From an uncultured Candidatus Saccharibacteria bacterium (GTDB taxonomy: Bacteria; Patescibacteriota; Minisyncoccia; Phycocordibacterales; UBA9973), in the NCBI GenBank assembly GCA_964544225.1, contig CAZIZK010000001.1, positions 207,477 through 271,476 of the forward strand: DNA of 64,000 nucleotides, written 5' to 3'. A program made the position numbers and the translations under genes. Numbering within the stretch: the stretch's first letter is position 1; each line of letters opens with the position of its first letter. A model generated the notes under the pieces. That model made no database searches. It saw nothing but the letters and a program-made list of their open reading frames with translations, and had not been told where the DNA came from. Shown here in pieces: positions 30,295 to 40,241 of this stretch.

Positions 30295-31452
30295 ATGAAA
30301 AATAAAATCGCGATCTTCGTAATCACGCTTCTCTCCCTTTTTGGGATCGATGGAGCACAAACACTCAAAGCAGAAAGTGCCGAAAGCGACAATGGACAAT
30401 GGTTCCGTTTTGCTGATCAAAATTACCAGGTAACAATGGACGATGTTAATGACATTGCATTGTTATCAGACCAAGGTAACTTGGTAGCTGGTAAACTGTT
30501 CCAGACTCGGTCTGGTATGAAATTCTACACCAAATACCCAAATCAATGGAGGACCAGAGAGCTGGCAATATTGAGCAAGGTACGTGGTACACAAGTAAAC
30601 TCTCTGGTTGATGGTTTCAGCGGTGGAACTATCGTACCGTTCCAGAATTTATCAAAAACTAAAAATTACTACATCAACAATGGAGTAGAAGGTTTTTTTG
30701 ATAATTACAATGGAGGTATTGGAATACGCACTGTGGTGATCAACGGGTATCCTGTTATGAAAGTTGGAGCACCTTGCTTCAACCCAAATGACCCGTACAT
30801 AACCACAACTACCGTTGCAACACCACCACCTACTGTGGTATACGTACCTGCCCCTAGGGTAGACACTGTATATCAACCTGCGCAAACAGGTTGCCCGTGT
30901 AGCACTTATGTTGCTTGTACCACTTGTGGAGGTAATCTTCCGATGAGTGCTGTAAGTGGCATGAGCTTCAATCAGTATTACCAGTTGCAACAGACCACTT
31001 TTGGTCAGTTGCCAACAAGTAGTACCGACAGATGGGGGTCTTTCCAAGGTGCATACGGTAATATGTATACATCTTTAGGACAGACACCTGGTTATCAGAA
31101 TGCAGTTTACTCTGCGACATCTGGACAGAACATGGTTCTAGCTTTCAATGGTCAGTACTCACAACAATGTTGCGTAACGCAACAACCAATTGTTGTGCAA
31201 AATCCTTGCCCGCAACCATGTCCGTGTGGAAGTACAGTACAACCGTGCCCATGTAACAATCAACCCGCCGCACCCGCACCTGTTGTAAAACAGAAACGTG
31301 GAATTGGTGGATGGATCGTTGCTGGAGTTGTTGTTACAGCTGTTGCATTGTATGCAATACTAACTGGACAAAAAACTGGTACAGACACTGGTGGCCCTGG
31401 AACACAAGGTGGAGGACTCTCTACCGGTGGCCCTGGAACACAAGGTCCGTAA
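30295..31452 (+). CDS. Secreted Cys- and Pro-rich protein with a C-terminal TM anchor and GGPGTQG repeats.
   Basis: Signal peptide. Many Cys (CPCSTYVACTTCGG, CPQPCPCG). TM anchor WIVAGVVVTAVALYAIL. Confidence 0.5.
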   Translation: MKNKIAIFVITLLSLFGIDGAQTLKAESAESDNGQWFRFADQNYQVTMDDVNDIALLSDQGNLVAGKLFQTRSGMKFYTKYPNQWRTRELAILSKVRGTQVNSLVDGFSGGTIVPFQNLSKTKNYYINNGVEGFFDNYNGGIGIRTVVINGYPVMKVGAPCFNPNDPYITTTTVATPPPTVVYVPAPRVDTVYQPAQTGCPCSTYVACTTCGGNLPMSAVSGMSFNQYYQLQQTTFGQLPTSSTDRWGSFQGAYGNMYTSLGQTPGYQNAVYSATSGQNMVLAFNGQYSQQCCVTQQPIVVQNPCPQPCPCGSTVQPCPCNNQPAAPAPVVKQKRGIGGWIVAGVVVTAVALYAILTGQKTGTDTGGPGTQGGGLSTGGPGTQGP

Positions 31453-31572
31453 TTTGAGTGTGAAATTATTCGTTGGAGCTACGTCATTGTATGTAGTTCC
31501 AACACTTTTTTAAGTCTTGAACCGAAAAGTCGTCGTGTTAAAGATTTAAAATTGTAATTAAGTAAAAAAATT

Positions 31573-34161
31573 ATGAATAAATTTATTAAAAAAGTCGTAT
31601 TTATCTTTGCATTTGCTGTACTATTCAGTGCACCAAGTGTTTTTGCCGCGCCATTCAACACAGATCCAAAAGATTGTGCAACTGGTGCTATTGGCAATGC
31701 AACCACTGGCGCAGGAGTTCCTCCTAGTTGGTTAATGGATTGTCAGAACTGGAATTTAACAAATGTTTCAGCAAGTGCTGGCGATACTATAAAGGTCCAT
31801 GTTTATTTCCACAACACGAGTTCTTCTCCTGCTACTAATGTAACTATTAGGCTAAGTCAGTCACCTTCAAGTGGAGCCTCAAACAACTTTAACTTTGCTG
31901 GTGTGTTGAGTTCAGCTCAAGGTTCAATACCATTTAATCTAAGTACTAACATTTCTACTTCTCAGACACTTAGTGTTGTAAGTGCAACATTGGCAAAAAC
32001 TCAGGCAGATTTAGCTACCCCAACAACTGTGTCAGCGTCACAAATAATGTCTAGTGGTATAAATATTGGGACTGTTGGTACAGGCTGGGCGAACCAAGGT
32101 GACCTTGTGGTTACATTCCGCGTTGGTAGTACTGTTGTAAACAACTGTAATCTAACAAGCTTTACTGCGAACCCATCATCTATAAATGCTGGAGCTTCAA
32201 GTGTATTGTCTTGGACAAGCACTGGTTGTACATCGGTAACTATCCCAGGAGTTGGAACATTTGGTCCAAACGGTAGTACAACAGTAACACCAAGTAACAC
32301 GACGACATATTCTGCAACAGGTGGCCCAAGTGGCAACACCCTATCTACAACTGTATCAGTTAACTCTGTATCTGCTTGTTACATTACATCATTCTCTGCA
32401 TCACCTACATACATTACATCTGGACAGGCAAGTACACTGTACTGGTCTACAACTGGTGCAACAAATGTGACTATTAGTTCTATCGGAACATTTGGTCCAA
32501 CAGGCAGTCAGACAGTATACCCAACAAGTACAACAACCTACACACTAACAGCTAACTGTATTAATGGTTCCACTGCTGTACAAACAGTTGTAGTTACTGT
32601 AAATGGTAATAATGGCACTGACCCATCTGTACGTACAGACTCACCAACAGGTGTAGATGAAGACAGTGCGACACTTCGTGGCTATGCCGATGGTAACGGT
32701 AGCCTGATAGATGCATGGCTCGAGTTCCCATGTCGTGGTACACGCTATGACTATACTTATGGTGTGTCAGATACAAACCTACGCTATACAATATACTCAC
32801 TATCACCTAACACAACATACTACTATTGTGCAGCTGCGCAGAACTCTTACTCTGGCCGTGTAATACGTGGCAGGGAAGTATCGTTCACTACAGATGGTCA
32901 GAATAATAACAACAACGATCCAGATGTGGTAACAAACCCAGCTACAAATGTAGGTACAACATATGGAACTATCAACGGTGACGTAGATGGTAACGGTAAC
33001 TATACAACTACATGGTTCCGCTACGGAACAAGCTCTGGAGCTTTGACTATGTATACAAATACTGTTAGTCATGGATCAGGTTCTGGTGGAATATCTGCCA
33101 ACCTTACAAACCTTGCACCCAACACAACATATTATTTCCAAGCTGTTGCGAACACTACAACAGGTGGAACAATATATGGAAATATAAGAAATTTCACAAC
33201 CAATGCCTCTGTTATAGTTAACAGTTCAACGAGCGTAGTCACAACAATAGCTACAAATGTTTCTCGCAACAATGCGACACTAAACGGTATATTACTAGAC
33301 ACATCAGGTCTTTCAACAGACGTTTACTTTGAGTACGGTACTAGTGTTAACTTGGGTGCACGTACAAATTCAAAGAACCTAGGTGCTGGTACATCACTAC
33401 CATTCAATGAATACATCGGTAACTTGGCACCGAACACTATATACTTCTTCCGTGCAATGGCAAACAATGCAAATGGTATTGCAAAGGGTAATATCGAAGT
33501 ATTTCGTACACCAGGTGGCGGTGTAACACCACCACCAGTAAACCCACCAACTGTGGATTCAAAGATAATGTTAAAGATCGAGAACCGTTACCAGTTCGTA
33601 TCAGTTGGTGACACTATCGACTACACAATTACTTATCAGAACATCAGTAAGACAAAGATCACAAAGCCACTATTGCAAGTAATAGTTCCACGCTATGTAG
33701 CGTACTTGAACTCTTCACGCGGTACATTTGCAGCCGACACTAACACACTCAATGTACAGGTGGAGGACCTTGCCCCAGGTGCGGGCGGAGTAGTATATCT
33801 ACAAGGCCGTGTACTGTCACTTCCTGAGAATAATGCAGATATAGTAACAACAGCATATATTGCTTATACTAACGGATCAGGTGCACAAGACTCTGCCATG
33901 GCTTATGTACTGAACAGTCCACGTGCGGGTAACAACCTAACTGCATCAGCATTTGGTGCTGGGTTCTTCCCAGGTTCACTTTGTGGATGGTTGCTATGGG
34001 TGGTGATAATACTACTTATACTATGGGCATTGCGCGAAATATTCCGCAGTCGTAATATGAGAAAGAATTATTATTACAACAACAATGTGCCAGCACAACC
34101 CCCACGCCCAATAGGTGCGAACCCTGAACATTCAGATTCACAGGGTGTGCCACATACTTAA
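31573..34161 (+). CDS. Large surface adhesin-like protein (862 aa): signal peptide, tandem Ig/fibronectin-like repeats, a DUF11-like region and a C-terminal TM anchor with a basic tail.
   Basis: Tandem homologous modules (CNLTSFTANPSS...TYSATG / CYITSFSASPTY...TYTLTA). Repeated ...YGTS...L modules. Anchor CGWLLWVVIILLILWAL + RSRNMRK. Confidence 0.6.
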   Translation: MNKFIKKVVFIFAFAVLFSAPSVFAAPFNTDPKDCATGAIGNATTGAGVPPSWLMDCQNWNLTNVSASAGDTIKVHVYFHNTSSSPATNVTIRLSQSPSSGASNNFNFAGVLSSAQGSIPFNLSTNISTSQTLSVVSATLAKTQADLATPTTVSASQIMSSGINIGTVGTGWANQGDLVVTFRVGSTVVNNCNLTSFTANPSSINAGASSVLSWTSTGCTSVTIPGVGTFGPNGSTTVTPSNTTTYSATGGPSGNTLSTTVSVNSVSACYITSFSASPTYITSGQASTLYWSTTGATNVTISSIGTFGPTGSQTVYPTSTTTYTLTANCINGSTAVQTVVVTVNGNNGTDPSVRTDSPTGVDEDSATLRGYADGNGSLIDAWLEFPCRGTRYDYTYGVSDTNLRYTIYSLSPNTTYYYCAAAQNSYSGRVIRGREVSFTTDGQNNNNNDPDVVTNPATNVGTTYGTINGDVDGNGNYTTTWFRYGTSSGALTMYTNTVSHGSGSGGISANLTNLAPNTTYYFQAVANTTTGGTIYGNIRNFTTNASVIVNSSTSVVTTIATNVSRNNATLNGILLDTSGLSTDVYFEYGTSVNLGARTNSKNLGAGTSLPFNEYIGNLAPNTIYFFRAMANNANGIAKGNIEVFRTPGGGVTPPPVNPPTVDSKIMLKIENRYQFVSVGDTIDYTITYQNISKTKITKPLLQVIVPRYVAYLNSSRGTFAADTNTLNVQVEDLAPGAGGVVYLQGRVLSLPENNADIVTTAYIAYTNGSGAQDSAMAYVLNSPRAGNNLTASAFGAGFFPGSLCGWLLWVVIILLILWALREIFRSRNMRKNYYYNNNVPAQPPRPIGANPEHSDSQGVPHT

Positions 34162-34190
34162 TAAGTAGAAAGTAGTAGGTAGTAAGTACA

Positions 34191-34230
34191 AACAAAAAAT
34201 CCTCTTTATTTTAAAGAGGATTTTTTGTTT
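34191..34230. terminator. Hairpin aaaaaatcctctttattttaaagaggatttttt after the adhesin-like gene.
   Basis: Perfect stem with symmetric A/T flanks. Confidence 0.65.
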
Positions 34231-34242
34231 GTGTGTATAAAC

Positions 34243-34278
34243 CCATTGACGTCACATCTGTGTGTGGTACGATTTATG
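34243..34278 (+). promoter_or_regulatory. Candidate sigma70-type promoter (TTGACG, 17-nt spacer, TACGAT) upstream of the acyltransferase gene. The -35 element sits within a TGACGTCA palindrome.
   Basis: Read directly. Spacing and hexamers fit the consensus moderately. Confidence 0.3.
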
Positions 34279-34303
34279 CAAACAAAATTGAAAATTAAAT
34301 ATC

Positions 34304-35272
34304 ATGAGACATATAAGTAAAAAAACATCGAGCCTTGAAACTCGAGTCGCCGACTTTGTTGTTGTTAACCTGACATTCTTCATTGTTATTGTTTTAATAC
34401 CAATGATTTTAAGGGAAAACACAATTAGAGTTACCCAATACATATTCCTAGGACTAGTTCTTGAGGGTGTGTTTACAAACAATTTTAAGGAGGTTTTTCA
34501 TGTAATTCCTTATTCTAAGAAAGAAGTAATTTTTGACAAATGTGTAACCCCATTTTTGTGGTTATCTTTTATCACACTTTTGCTTTTTTCAGTACTAATA
34601 ATTCCAGCTATGATAGTTTTTCTCGTTTCTAAACAAACAAGAAAAATAAATGATGGAATTCTTTTCTACTTAGACAAAGCATGCTTGCGTACATTGGCTA
34701 TCAAAGTTCGTATACACGGATCTTTCCCAAAAGGTTTATTTGTTGGAGCAGCTGATCACGAGTCATCTTTTGATTACTTTTGGATTATTTTAGCTTTACG
34801 CTTTGCGGCTTCAAAAGTTGTTGCTGGTAGTAATTTATTAAAATTACCGATCTTCAATATTTTTATTGGACTCAAGTGTTTATTTGTAAACAGACACGAC
34901 AGAAAATCAAAATATAGAATAGTTGATAAGGCAATAAAATGCTTGAATCAGTTTATGTCTGTTATATTTTTTGTTGAAGGCACAAGGAAACGTAAAAAAG
35001 ACATAGACAACGGAATTGTTTTAAAAGATTTTTTACCTGGTGCGTTTGAGGTTGCAGTAAATACAAACACTCAGATCGTGCCTATTGTTGTTCACGGTGC
35101 GGCAAAGTGCAAACCCCCCATGAAGGGTGATGCTACTAATAAACAATGGTGGAGCTCTCCTGGAATAATTGATGTTTACATTTTAGACTCAATACAAATT
35201 GAATCAAGAAATAAAACTCAACTAAAGGAATTTACTCGCGAAGTCATGTTGGACTTCAAGAGTAAGATTTAA
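34304..35272 (+). CDS. Membrane-bound acyltransferase, PlsC/LPLAT family (1-acyl-sn-glycerol-3-phosphate acyltransferase-like).
   Basis: H-x4-D motif (ADHESSFD) and the FFVEGTRK motif. N-terminal TM helices. Confidence 0.6.
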   Translation: MRHISKKTSSLETRVADFVVVNLTFFIVIVLIPMILRENTIRVTQYIFLGLVLEGVFTNNFKEVFHVIPYSKKEVIFDKCVTPFLWLSFITLLLFSVLIIPAMIVFLVSKQTRKINDGILFYLDKACLRTLAIKVRIHGSFPKGLFVGAADHESSFDYFWIILALRFAASKVVAGSNLLKLPIFNIFIGLKCLFVNRHDRKSKYRIVDKAIKCLNQFMSVIFFVEGTRKRKKDIDNGIVLKDFLPGAFEVAVNTNTQIVPIVVHGAAKCKPPMKGDATNKQWWSSPGIIDVYILDSIQIESRNKTQLKEFTREVMLDFKSKI

Positions 35273-35302
35273 AAAATAAAATATTTGCATAAAAGGCAGC
35301 CC

Positions 35303-35331
35303 TATCGGACTGCCTTTTTTTATACCTGAAA
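35303..35331 (+). terminator. Hairpin aggcagccctatcggactgcct followed by a T-run.
   Basis: Read directly after the acyltransferase stop. Confidence 0.55.
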
Positions 35332-37763
35332 TGCTATACTGGGGGTATATGGCAAAGGATAAAGACAATAGAAAGAGGTTAGTATTGCTCGATGTGCACG
35401 CTATTATTCACCGTGCCTATCACGCCCTCCCAGACTTTATGAACAGCCGTGGCGAGCCTACAGGGGCCTTGTATGGCCTGTCTACAATGCTGATGAAGAT
35501 AGTATCTGAGTTGAAGCCCGACTATATAGTGGCTTGCTACGACCTGCCAAAGAAGACTTTTCGCCACGAAGCCTATGATGGCTACAAGGCTGGCCGTGCA
35601 AAGACCGACGATGCCCTAGTTGCCCAGCTGATCAATTCACGCAAAGTGTTCAAGGCCTTCTCCATACCTATGTACGAATGCGAAGGGTTTGAAGCCGACG
35701 ATCTGCTCGGTACTATCACCTCACACATATTAGAAGACAAGAAACATTCAAAAGAAGTTCAAGTGATTATTGCATCCGGCGACATGGACACTATGCAGCT
35801 AATCGATGGTGACAATGTGTTGGTATATACACTAAAGAAGGGTATCAATGACACTATATTATATAACGAGAAGGCGGTGACCGACCGCTTTGGCTTTGTG
35901 CCAAGTTTGTTGCCAGACTACAAGGGCCTGCGTGGTGACCCGTCAGACAATATTATCGGCATAAAGGGTATCGGCGAGAAGACTGCTACAACTATCATCA
36001 CAGCATTTGGAACTATCGAGAATTTATATAAAGCTCTGGCTAAGAAAGGTGCAGATGAGGAATTCAAAAAAATAGGTTTAACTGATCGTATCATTAATTT
36101 ATTGAAGGAAGGGGAAGAGGAGGCCCTGTTCTCTAAAACTTTGGCTACTATCCGTCGTGATGCACCTATTGATTTCCATTTGCCTACACAGACATGGCAA
36201 GAAGGGGTACAAGTGCCCGAGGTGGAAGCATTGTTCCGCGATCTAGAATTCAAAAGTCTAATGACACGCTTCCACCAAGCCCTAGGTAGCACAGGCGCCA
36301 ATAATACAGAGGAGGGTGGTAAGGTTGAGGTAAAGAAGGAGGTGCAGGATTTTGATATACAAAAAATGGCCGAGGCAAAGATAGCACTTTGGATACTGAA
36401 CTCTGAAGTAACCAACCCAAGTGACGACGATGTTTTGTATTACAAAGGGGCAAAAGATTTTGCCGATGCATATGACAAGATCCACAAAGACATCATCGAC
36501 ACACACCAAGACTTTGTCTTCAATAATATCGAGCTACCTATTATGCCGATAATAAAGTCTATGCAAGATAGGGGTATTGAGGTAGATGTAAAATATCTCA
36601 ATAAACTTTCTGCCGACTACCACACCGAACTATCAAAGCTCGAAGGCGAAATATGGGGGATGGCTGGTCAGGAATTCAATATCAATTCACCAAAACAATT
36701 AGGGGAGATAATCTTCGACAAGATGGGCCTAACTGCAAAAGGTTTGAAGAAGTCTGCAGGGGGTGCCCGATCCACACGCGAGAGCGAGCTTGAAAAGTTG
36801 CGCGACTTGCACCCGATCATCGGCAAGATATTTGCCTATCGTGAATTGCAGAAATTATTGTCCACATATATAGACACTATCCCAAGTCAGGTCAGTGCCG
36901 ATGGCAGGCTACATGCCGAGTTTATCCAGGCAGGGACAACTACTGGACGCTTCTCGTCAGCGAATCCAAACTTGCAGAACATACCAGTAAAGAGCGAGTT
37001 GGGTAAGAACATTCGTTACGCTTTTGTCGCATGCCAGGGGCACACACTTATGTCCTTTGACTATTCACAGATCGAGTTGCGTGTAGCCGCCCTATTATCT
37101 CAGGACTCATATTTCATACAAGTTTTCAAGGACGGTAAGGATATTCATGCAGCTGTTGCTTCACGTGTGTTTGGTGTAGAGGAGGCTGATGTTACAGCCG
37201 ACATGCGTCGTCGTGCAAAGGTGATCAACTTCGGTATCCTATACGGCATGGGGGTCAATGCTTTGCGTCAGAACCTAGGTGGCGAAAGGAAGGATGCGCA
37301 AATATTCTACGACAATTATTTCGCCCAGTTTCCAACTATCGCAAACTATCTGGAAAGTGTAAAAGACTATGCAAAAGAGTATGGCTATACAAAGACTTTA
37401 TTTGGGCGCCGCCGATACTTCCCAGGTATAAAGTCGAAAATTCCTTTTATAAAGGCCATGGCCGAGAGGATGGCTATCAATGCCCCTATCCAGGGCACAG
37501 CCACTGCTGACATAATAAAGATAGGTATGAAGAAGGCCCACGACGCACTCGTAGCCGAAGGCCTAATCGATGATGTGCATATGGTTCTACAGGTTCATGA
37601 CGAATTGGTATACGAGGTCAGGGATAGTGCTATTGATAAAGCAAAGGAAATCATTGCCAACTCTATGCGTAATGCTGTTCCTGAAGAGTTCCTAAAGGGT
37701 ATAGAGGCCGTGCCACTAGAGGTGAGTGTCGGAGTAGGGCACTCCTGGGGTGACCTGAAGTAG
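35331..37763 (+). CDS. polA: DNA polymerase I (5'-3' exonuclease + family A polymerase domains). It appears to lack a full 3'-5' exonuclease domain.
   Basis: N-terminal FEN-like region. Pol A motifs RRRAKVINFGILYGMG and VHDELV. 810 aa. Confidence 0.92.
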   Translation: MLYWGYMAKDKDNRKRLVLLDVHAIIHRAYHALPDFMNSRGEPTGALYGLSTMLMKIVSELKPDYIVACYDLPKKTFRHEAYDGYKAGRAKTDDALVAQLINSRKVFKAFSIPMYECEGFEADDLLGTITSHILEDKKHSKEVQVIIASGDMDTMQLIDGDNVLVYTLKKGINDTILYNEKAVTDRFGFVPSLLPDYKGLRGDPSDNIIGIKGIGEKTATTIITAFGTIENLYKALAKKGADEEFKKIGLTDRIINLLKEGEEEALFSKTLATIRRDAPIDFHLPTQTWQEGVQVPEVEALFRDLEFKSLMTRFHQALGSTGANNTEEGGKVEVKKEVQDFDIQKMAEAKIALWILNSEVTNPSDDDVLYYKGAKDFADAYDKIHKDIIDTHQDFVFNNIELPIMPIIKSMQDRGIEVDVKYLNKLSADYHTELSKLEGEIWGMAGQEFNINSPKQLGEIIFDKMGLTAKGLKKSAGGARSTRESELEKLRDLHPIIGKIFAYRELQKLLSTYIDTIPSQVSADGRLHAEFIQAGTTTGRFSSANPNLQNIPVKSELGKNIRYAFVACQGHTLMSFDYSQIELRVAALLSQDSYFIQVFKDGKDIHAAVASRVFGVEEADVTADMRRRAKVINFGILYGMGVNALRQNLGGERKDAQIFYDNYFAQFPTIANYLESVKDYAKEYGYTKTLFGRRRYFPGIKSKIPFIKAMAERMAINAPIQGTATADIIKIGMKKAHDALVAEGLIDDVHMVLQVHDELVYEVRDSAIDKAKEIIANSMRNAVPEEFLKGIEAVPLEVSVGVGHSWGDLK

Positions 37764-37784
37764 GTCTATTAATATTTATATTTT

Positions 37785-38303
37785 GTGGTATTATTGTTCT
37801 GTATGAGTAATCCTAACGAAGTTTGTATAATTCCAAAAGAAGAGAAGAAGGGTATGATCCATGTAGTACTAACGCATTCGTATTTCATGTACCTACTGGC
37901 TATAATATTTGGCCTTATTTTAGATAAGGTATTGAATACATCATACAACTCGAATACTTTTACTATTGCAGGGTTCGTTACCATGACACTCGGTTCATTA
38001 CTGATATATTGGGCACAAAAGACTACAAACTGCACAAAGAAAGAGGTGATGTCTGGTGCAAAGAAGGAGCGTGATTTTGAACGTGGTCCGTATAAATACA
38101 GTCGCAACCCTACACATATAGGGTTATCACTATTAACACTCGGCTTTGGATTGTTGGCTGGCAGTGTGTTTGTAGTAGTGCTTATGGTTTTTACTTTTAT
38201 TCTTACAAAGACAGTATTCTTGCAACAAGAAGAAAGTATTCTAGAGAAGAAATACGGCCAAGCTTATTGTGAATACAAAGCAAAGGTTAACACTTGGTTA
38301 TGA
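37785..38303 (+). CDS. Isoprenylcysteine carboxyl methyltransferase (ICMT/PEMT)-family membrane methyltransferase.
   Basis: Polytopic. ERGPYKYSRNPTHIGL motif typical of this family. Confidence 0.6.
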   Translation: MVLLFCMSNPNEVCIIPKEEKKGMIHVVLTHSYFMYLLAIIFGLILDKVLNTSYNSNTFTIAGFVTMTLGSLLIYWAQKTTNCTKKEVMSGAKKERDFERGPYKYSRNPTHIGLSLLTLGFGLLAGSVFVVVLMVFTFILTKTVFLQQEESILEKKYGQAYCEYKAKVNTWL

Positions 38304-38932
38304 TAACTTTCATCTACGGCAACGATACAAAGTCTAAAAGCCTCGAAATAAATAAAATCTCAAAAGGGGTGATACCACTTGTAATACCGGCAAAGCAAAT
38401 ATCAAAAGATTTGGTTTTGTCTTATGCATCACAGAGCTCACTATTCGGTGAAAAGCAGATAGTGGTCATGGAAAATGTATTGAATGAGTCCGAGATAGTA
38501 TTCGATGAAGACCTATTAAAAATATTAAAAGATTCCGAGACACAATTCATATTCAGCGAAGACGCGATCACTGCAACCGAGCTAAAGAAGTATAAGAAAT
38601 ATTTCGACAAGGAAATAAAATTTGAATTAGAAAAAGTTGTATCAAAGAAGTCCAACCCATTCGATATAGCTAATGCATATGGTGCAAAGGACAAGATCAA
38701 AGCTTGGACATTGTATGTATCTATCATCGAAGGTGGGGAAGCCCCCGAGGCTGTGGCTGGCATGCTGTTCTGGAAGATCAAGACTCTTTTGTCTGGGTAC
38801 TCACCGAAGCCTTTTACAAAAGATGAATTATTGCAGGCTTCAGCCGAGCTCGTAGATATATATCACAAGTCACATAGGGGGCAGTGCGATATGGAACAGG
38901 CTCTCGAGCAGTTCATATTGAAAACTTTATAG
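38294..38932 (+). CDS. Hypothetical protein, possibly a short DNA polymerase III delta (HolA)-like protein.
   Basis: N-terminus ITFIYGND resembles the HolA start. Otherwise unassigned. 212 aa. Confidence 0.35.
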   Translation: MVMITFIYGNDTKSKSLEINKISKGVIPLVIPAKQISKDLVLSYASQSSLFGEKQIVVMENVLNESEIVFDEDLLKILKDSETQFIFSEDAITATELKKYKKYFDKEIKFELEKVVSKKSNPFDIANAYGAKDKIKAWTLYVSIIEGGEAPEAVAGMLFWKIKTLLSGYSPKPFTKDELLQASAELVDIYHKSHRGQCDMEQALEQFILKTL

Positions 38933-39262
38933 AAATAAAAAGACAATAGAAAAAGGCCTGGAGTATAATTCTGAATTCCTTCAGAAACATGCTCCAGGCC
39001 TTTGCCTTAATTTAGTCGTGTATAGCCTCTATCTTATGCCTACACATAATGTACAAATTTTAATCAGTTTTTACTCATTCCCAATATTTATATTTTCCCT
39101 AGTCGAGGGACACGTTGGAAGATACATAAAACTTTTAACTTGCTTACATTATATGACGCTTATGCTAGAATAGCAAATGTTAGCTGTGGATAATATAATT
39201 GTGGTCAGGCATATTTTTCTGGTGAAAAATTGCACGACCCTGGCTCGCGTCGTCACGCTCCG

Positions 39263-39290
39263 CCTCGCACAAAATATCCCATATTTTGTG
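39263..39290 (-). terminator. Hairpin gcacaaaatat-ccc-atattttgtgc directly 3' of tRNA-Lys.
   Basis: 11-bp perfect stem adjacent to the tRNA 3' end. Confidence 0.5.
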
Positions 39291-39361
39291 CGCCCGGTAG
39301 GAATCGAACCTACGACCATCTCCTTAAAAGGGAGCTGCTCTACCGACTGAGCTACGGGCGC
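39289..39361 (-). tRNA. tRNA-Lys (anticodon TTT).
   Basis: Manual cloverleaf: acceptor GCGCCCG/CGGGCGC, T-arm GGTTCGATTCC, anticodon loop CTTTTAA. Confidence 0.85.
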
Positions 39362-39431
39362 ATATGTGAACTTTATATTAAAGTGTTGTAAAATATCAGT
39401 ATTCGGTTGACCCGCTACAACTAGCTACGGG

Positions 39432-39956
39432 GTGCATAAGGTGATACATCAAAAAGTACCATATTTAATGACAAAAATCAATAAAAACAAACAAATAATA
39501 CTTATCCTGCCGGATATAAGGAGTGCCCAGAATGTGGGGGCTATCTTCCGTACATCTGATGCGGTAGGGGTAAACAAGATATATCTGACAGGCTACACAC
39601 CGCAACCATTGGATAAATACGGGCGCCCTCGAACCGATATTGCCAAAGCAGCGCTTGGCGCTGAACTTTCTGTACCATGGGAGTACAAGAAGTCTCTAAC
39701 AATACTAGTAAAGAAGTTAAAGAAAGATGGTTATAAGATAGTAGCTCTAGAACAGAGTGATAAATCTATAGATTATAAAAAGTTAAAGATAGGGGATAAG
39801 ACAGTTTTGATATTGGGCAACGAGGTAGATGGTGTAAATAATAAAATCCTAAACCAGTGCGACACAGTCATCGAGATCCCTATGCTAGGAATAAAAGAAT
39901 CATTGAATGTATCGGTTGCCACAGGGGTGGCATTGTTTAGGATTTTAAATATTTAA
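39432..39956 (+). CDS. SpoU/TrmH-family RNA 2'-O-methyltransferase.
   Basis: SAQNVGAIFRTSDAVGV motif. 174 aa. Confidence 0.8.
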   Translation: MHKVIHQKVPYLMTKINKNKQIILILPDIRSAQNVGAIFRTSDAVGVNKIYLTGYTPQPLDKYGRPRTDIAKAALGAELSVPWEYKKSLTILVKKLKKDGYKIVALEQSDKSIDYKKLKIGDKTVLILGNEVDGVNNKILNQCDTVIEIPMLGIKESLNVSVATGVALFRILNI

Positions 39957-40129
39957 TTACCATAAGGCTCCAGTGGGCCTGTTGGGTCTGTGTACGGTTT
40001 GATGAATGGGCCTTGTTTGGTTGCTTCACGGTTCTGGCCACCACTGGCTAACCATACAAAAAACAATATTAATAATACAATTATTAATATTCCTAGATCG
40101 CTAATACCTCCGCCTCCTCCGTGTGACAT
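39953..40129 (-). CDS. Possible small (58 aa) Gly-rich single-TM membrane protein. Below the ORF-track size cutoff.
   Basis: Hand translation of the minus strand gives MSHGGGGGISDLGILIIVLLILFFVWLASGGQNREATKQGPFIKPYTDPTGPLEPYGN. Confidence 0.25.
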   Translation of the reverse strand: MSHGGGGGISDLGILIIVLLILFFVWLASGGQNREATKQGPFIKPYTDPTGPLEPYGN

Positions 40130-40241
40130 ATATATTGTATTACTACATAAAATATTATTTATTTCTTAAAACAATATTTTATTTCGCGAATAGTTATTTG
40201 GATGTAAATAATTAATAAAAAATATTTTACTTCACATCTTA

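Noticed and set aside
35918-36415. Minus-strand 165-aa ORF inside polA
   Set aside because: Antisense to a confidently identified DNA polymerase I. Low-complexity Ser/Ala-rich translation.
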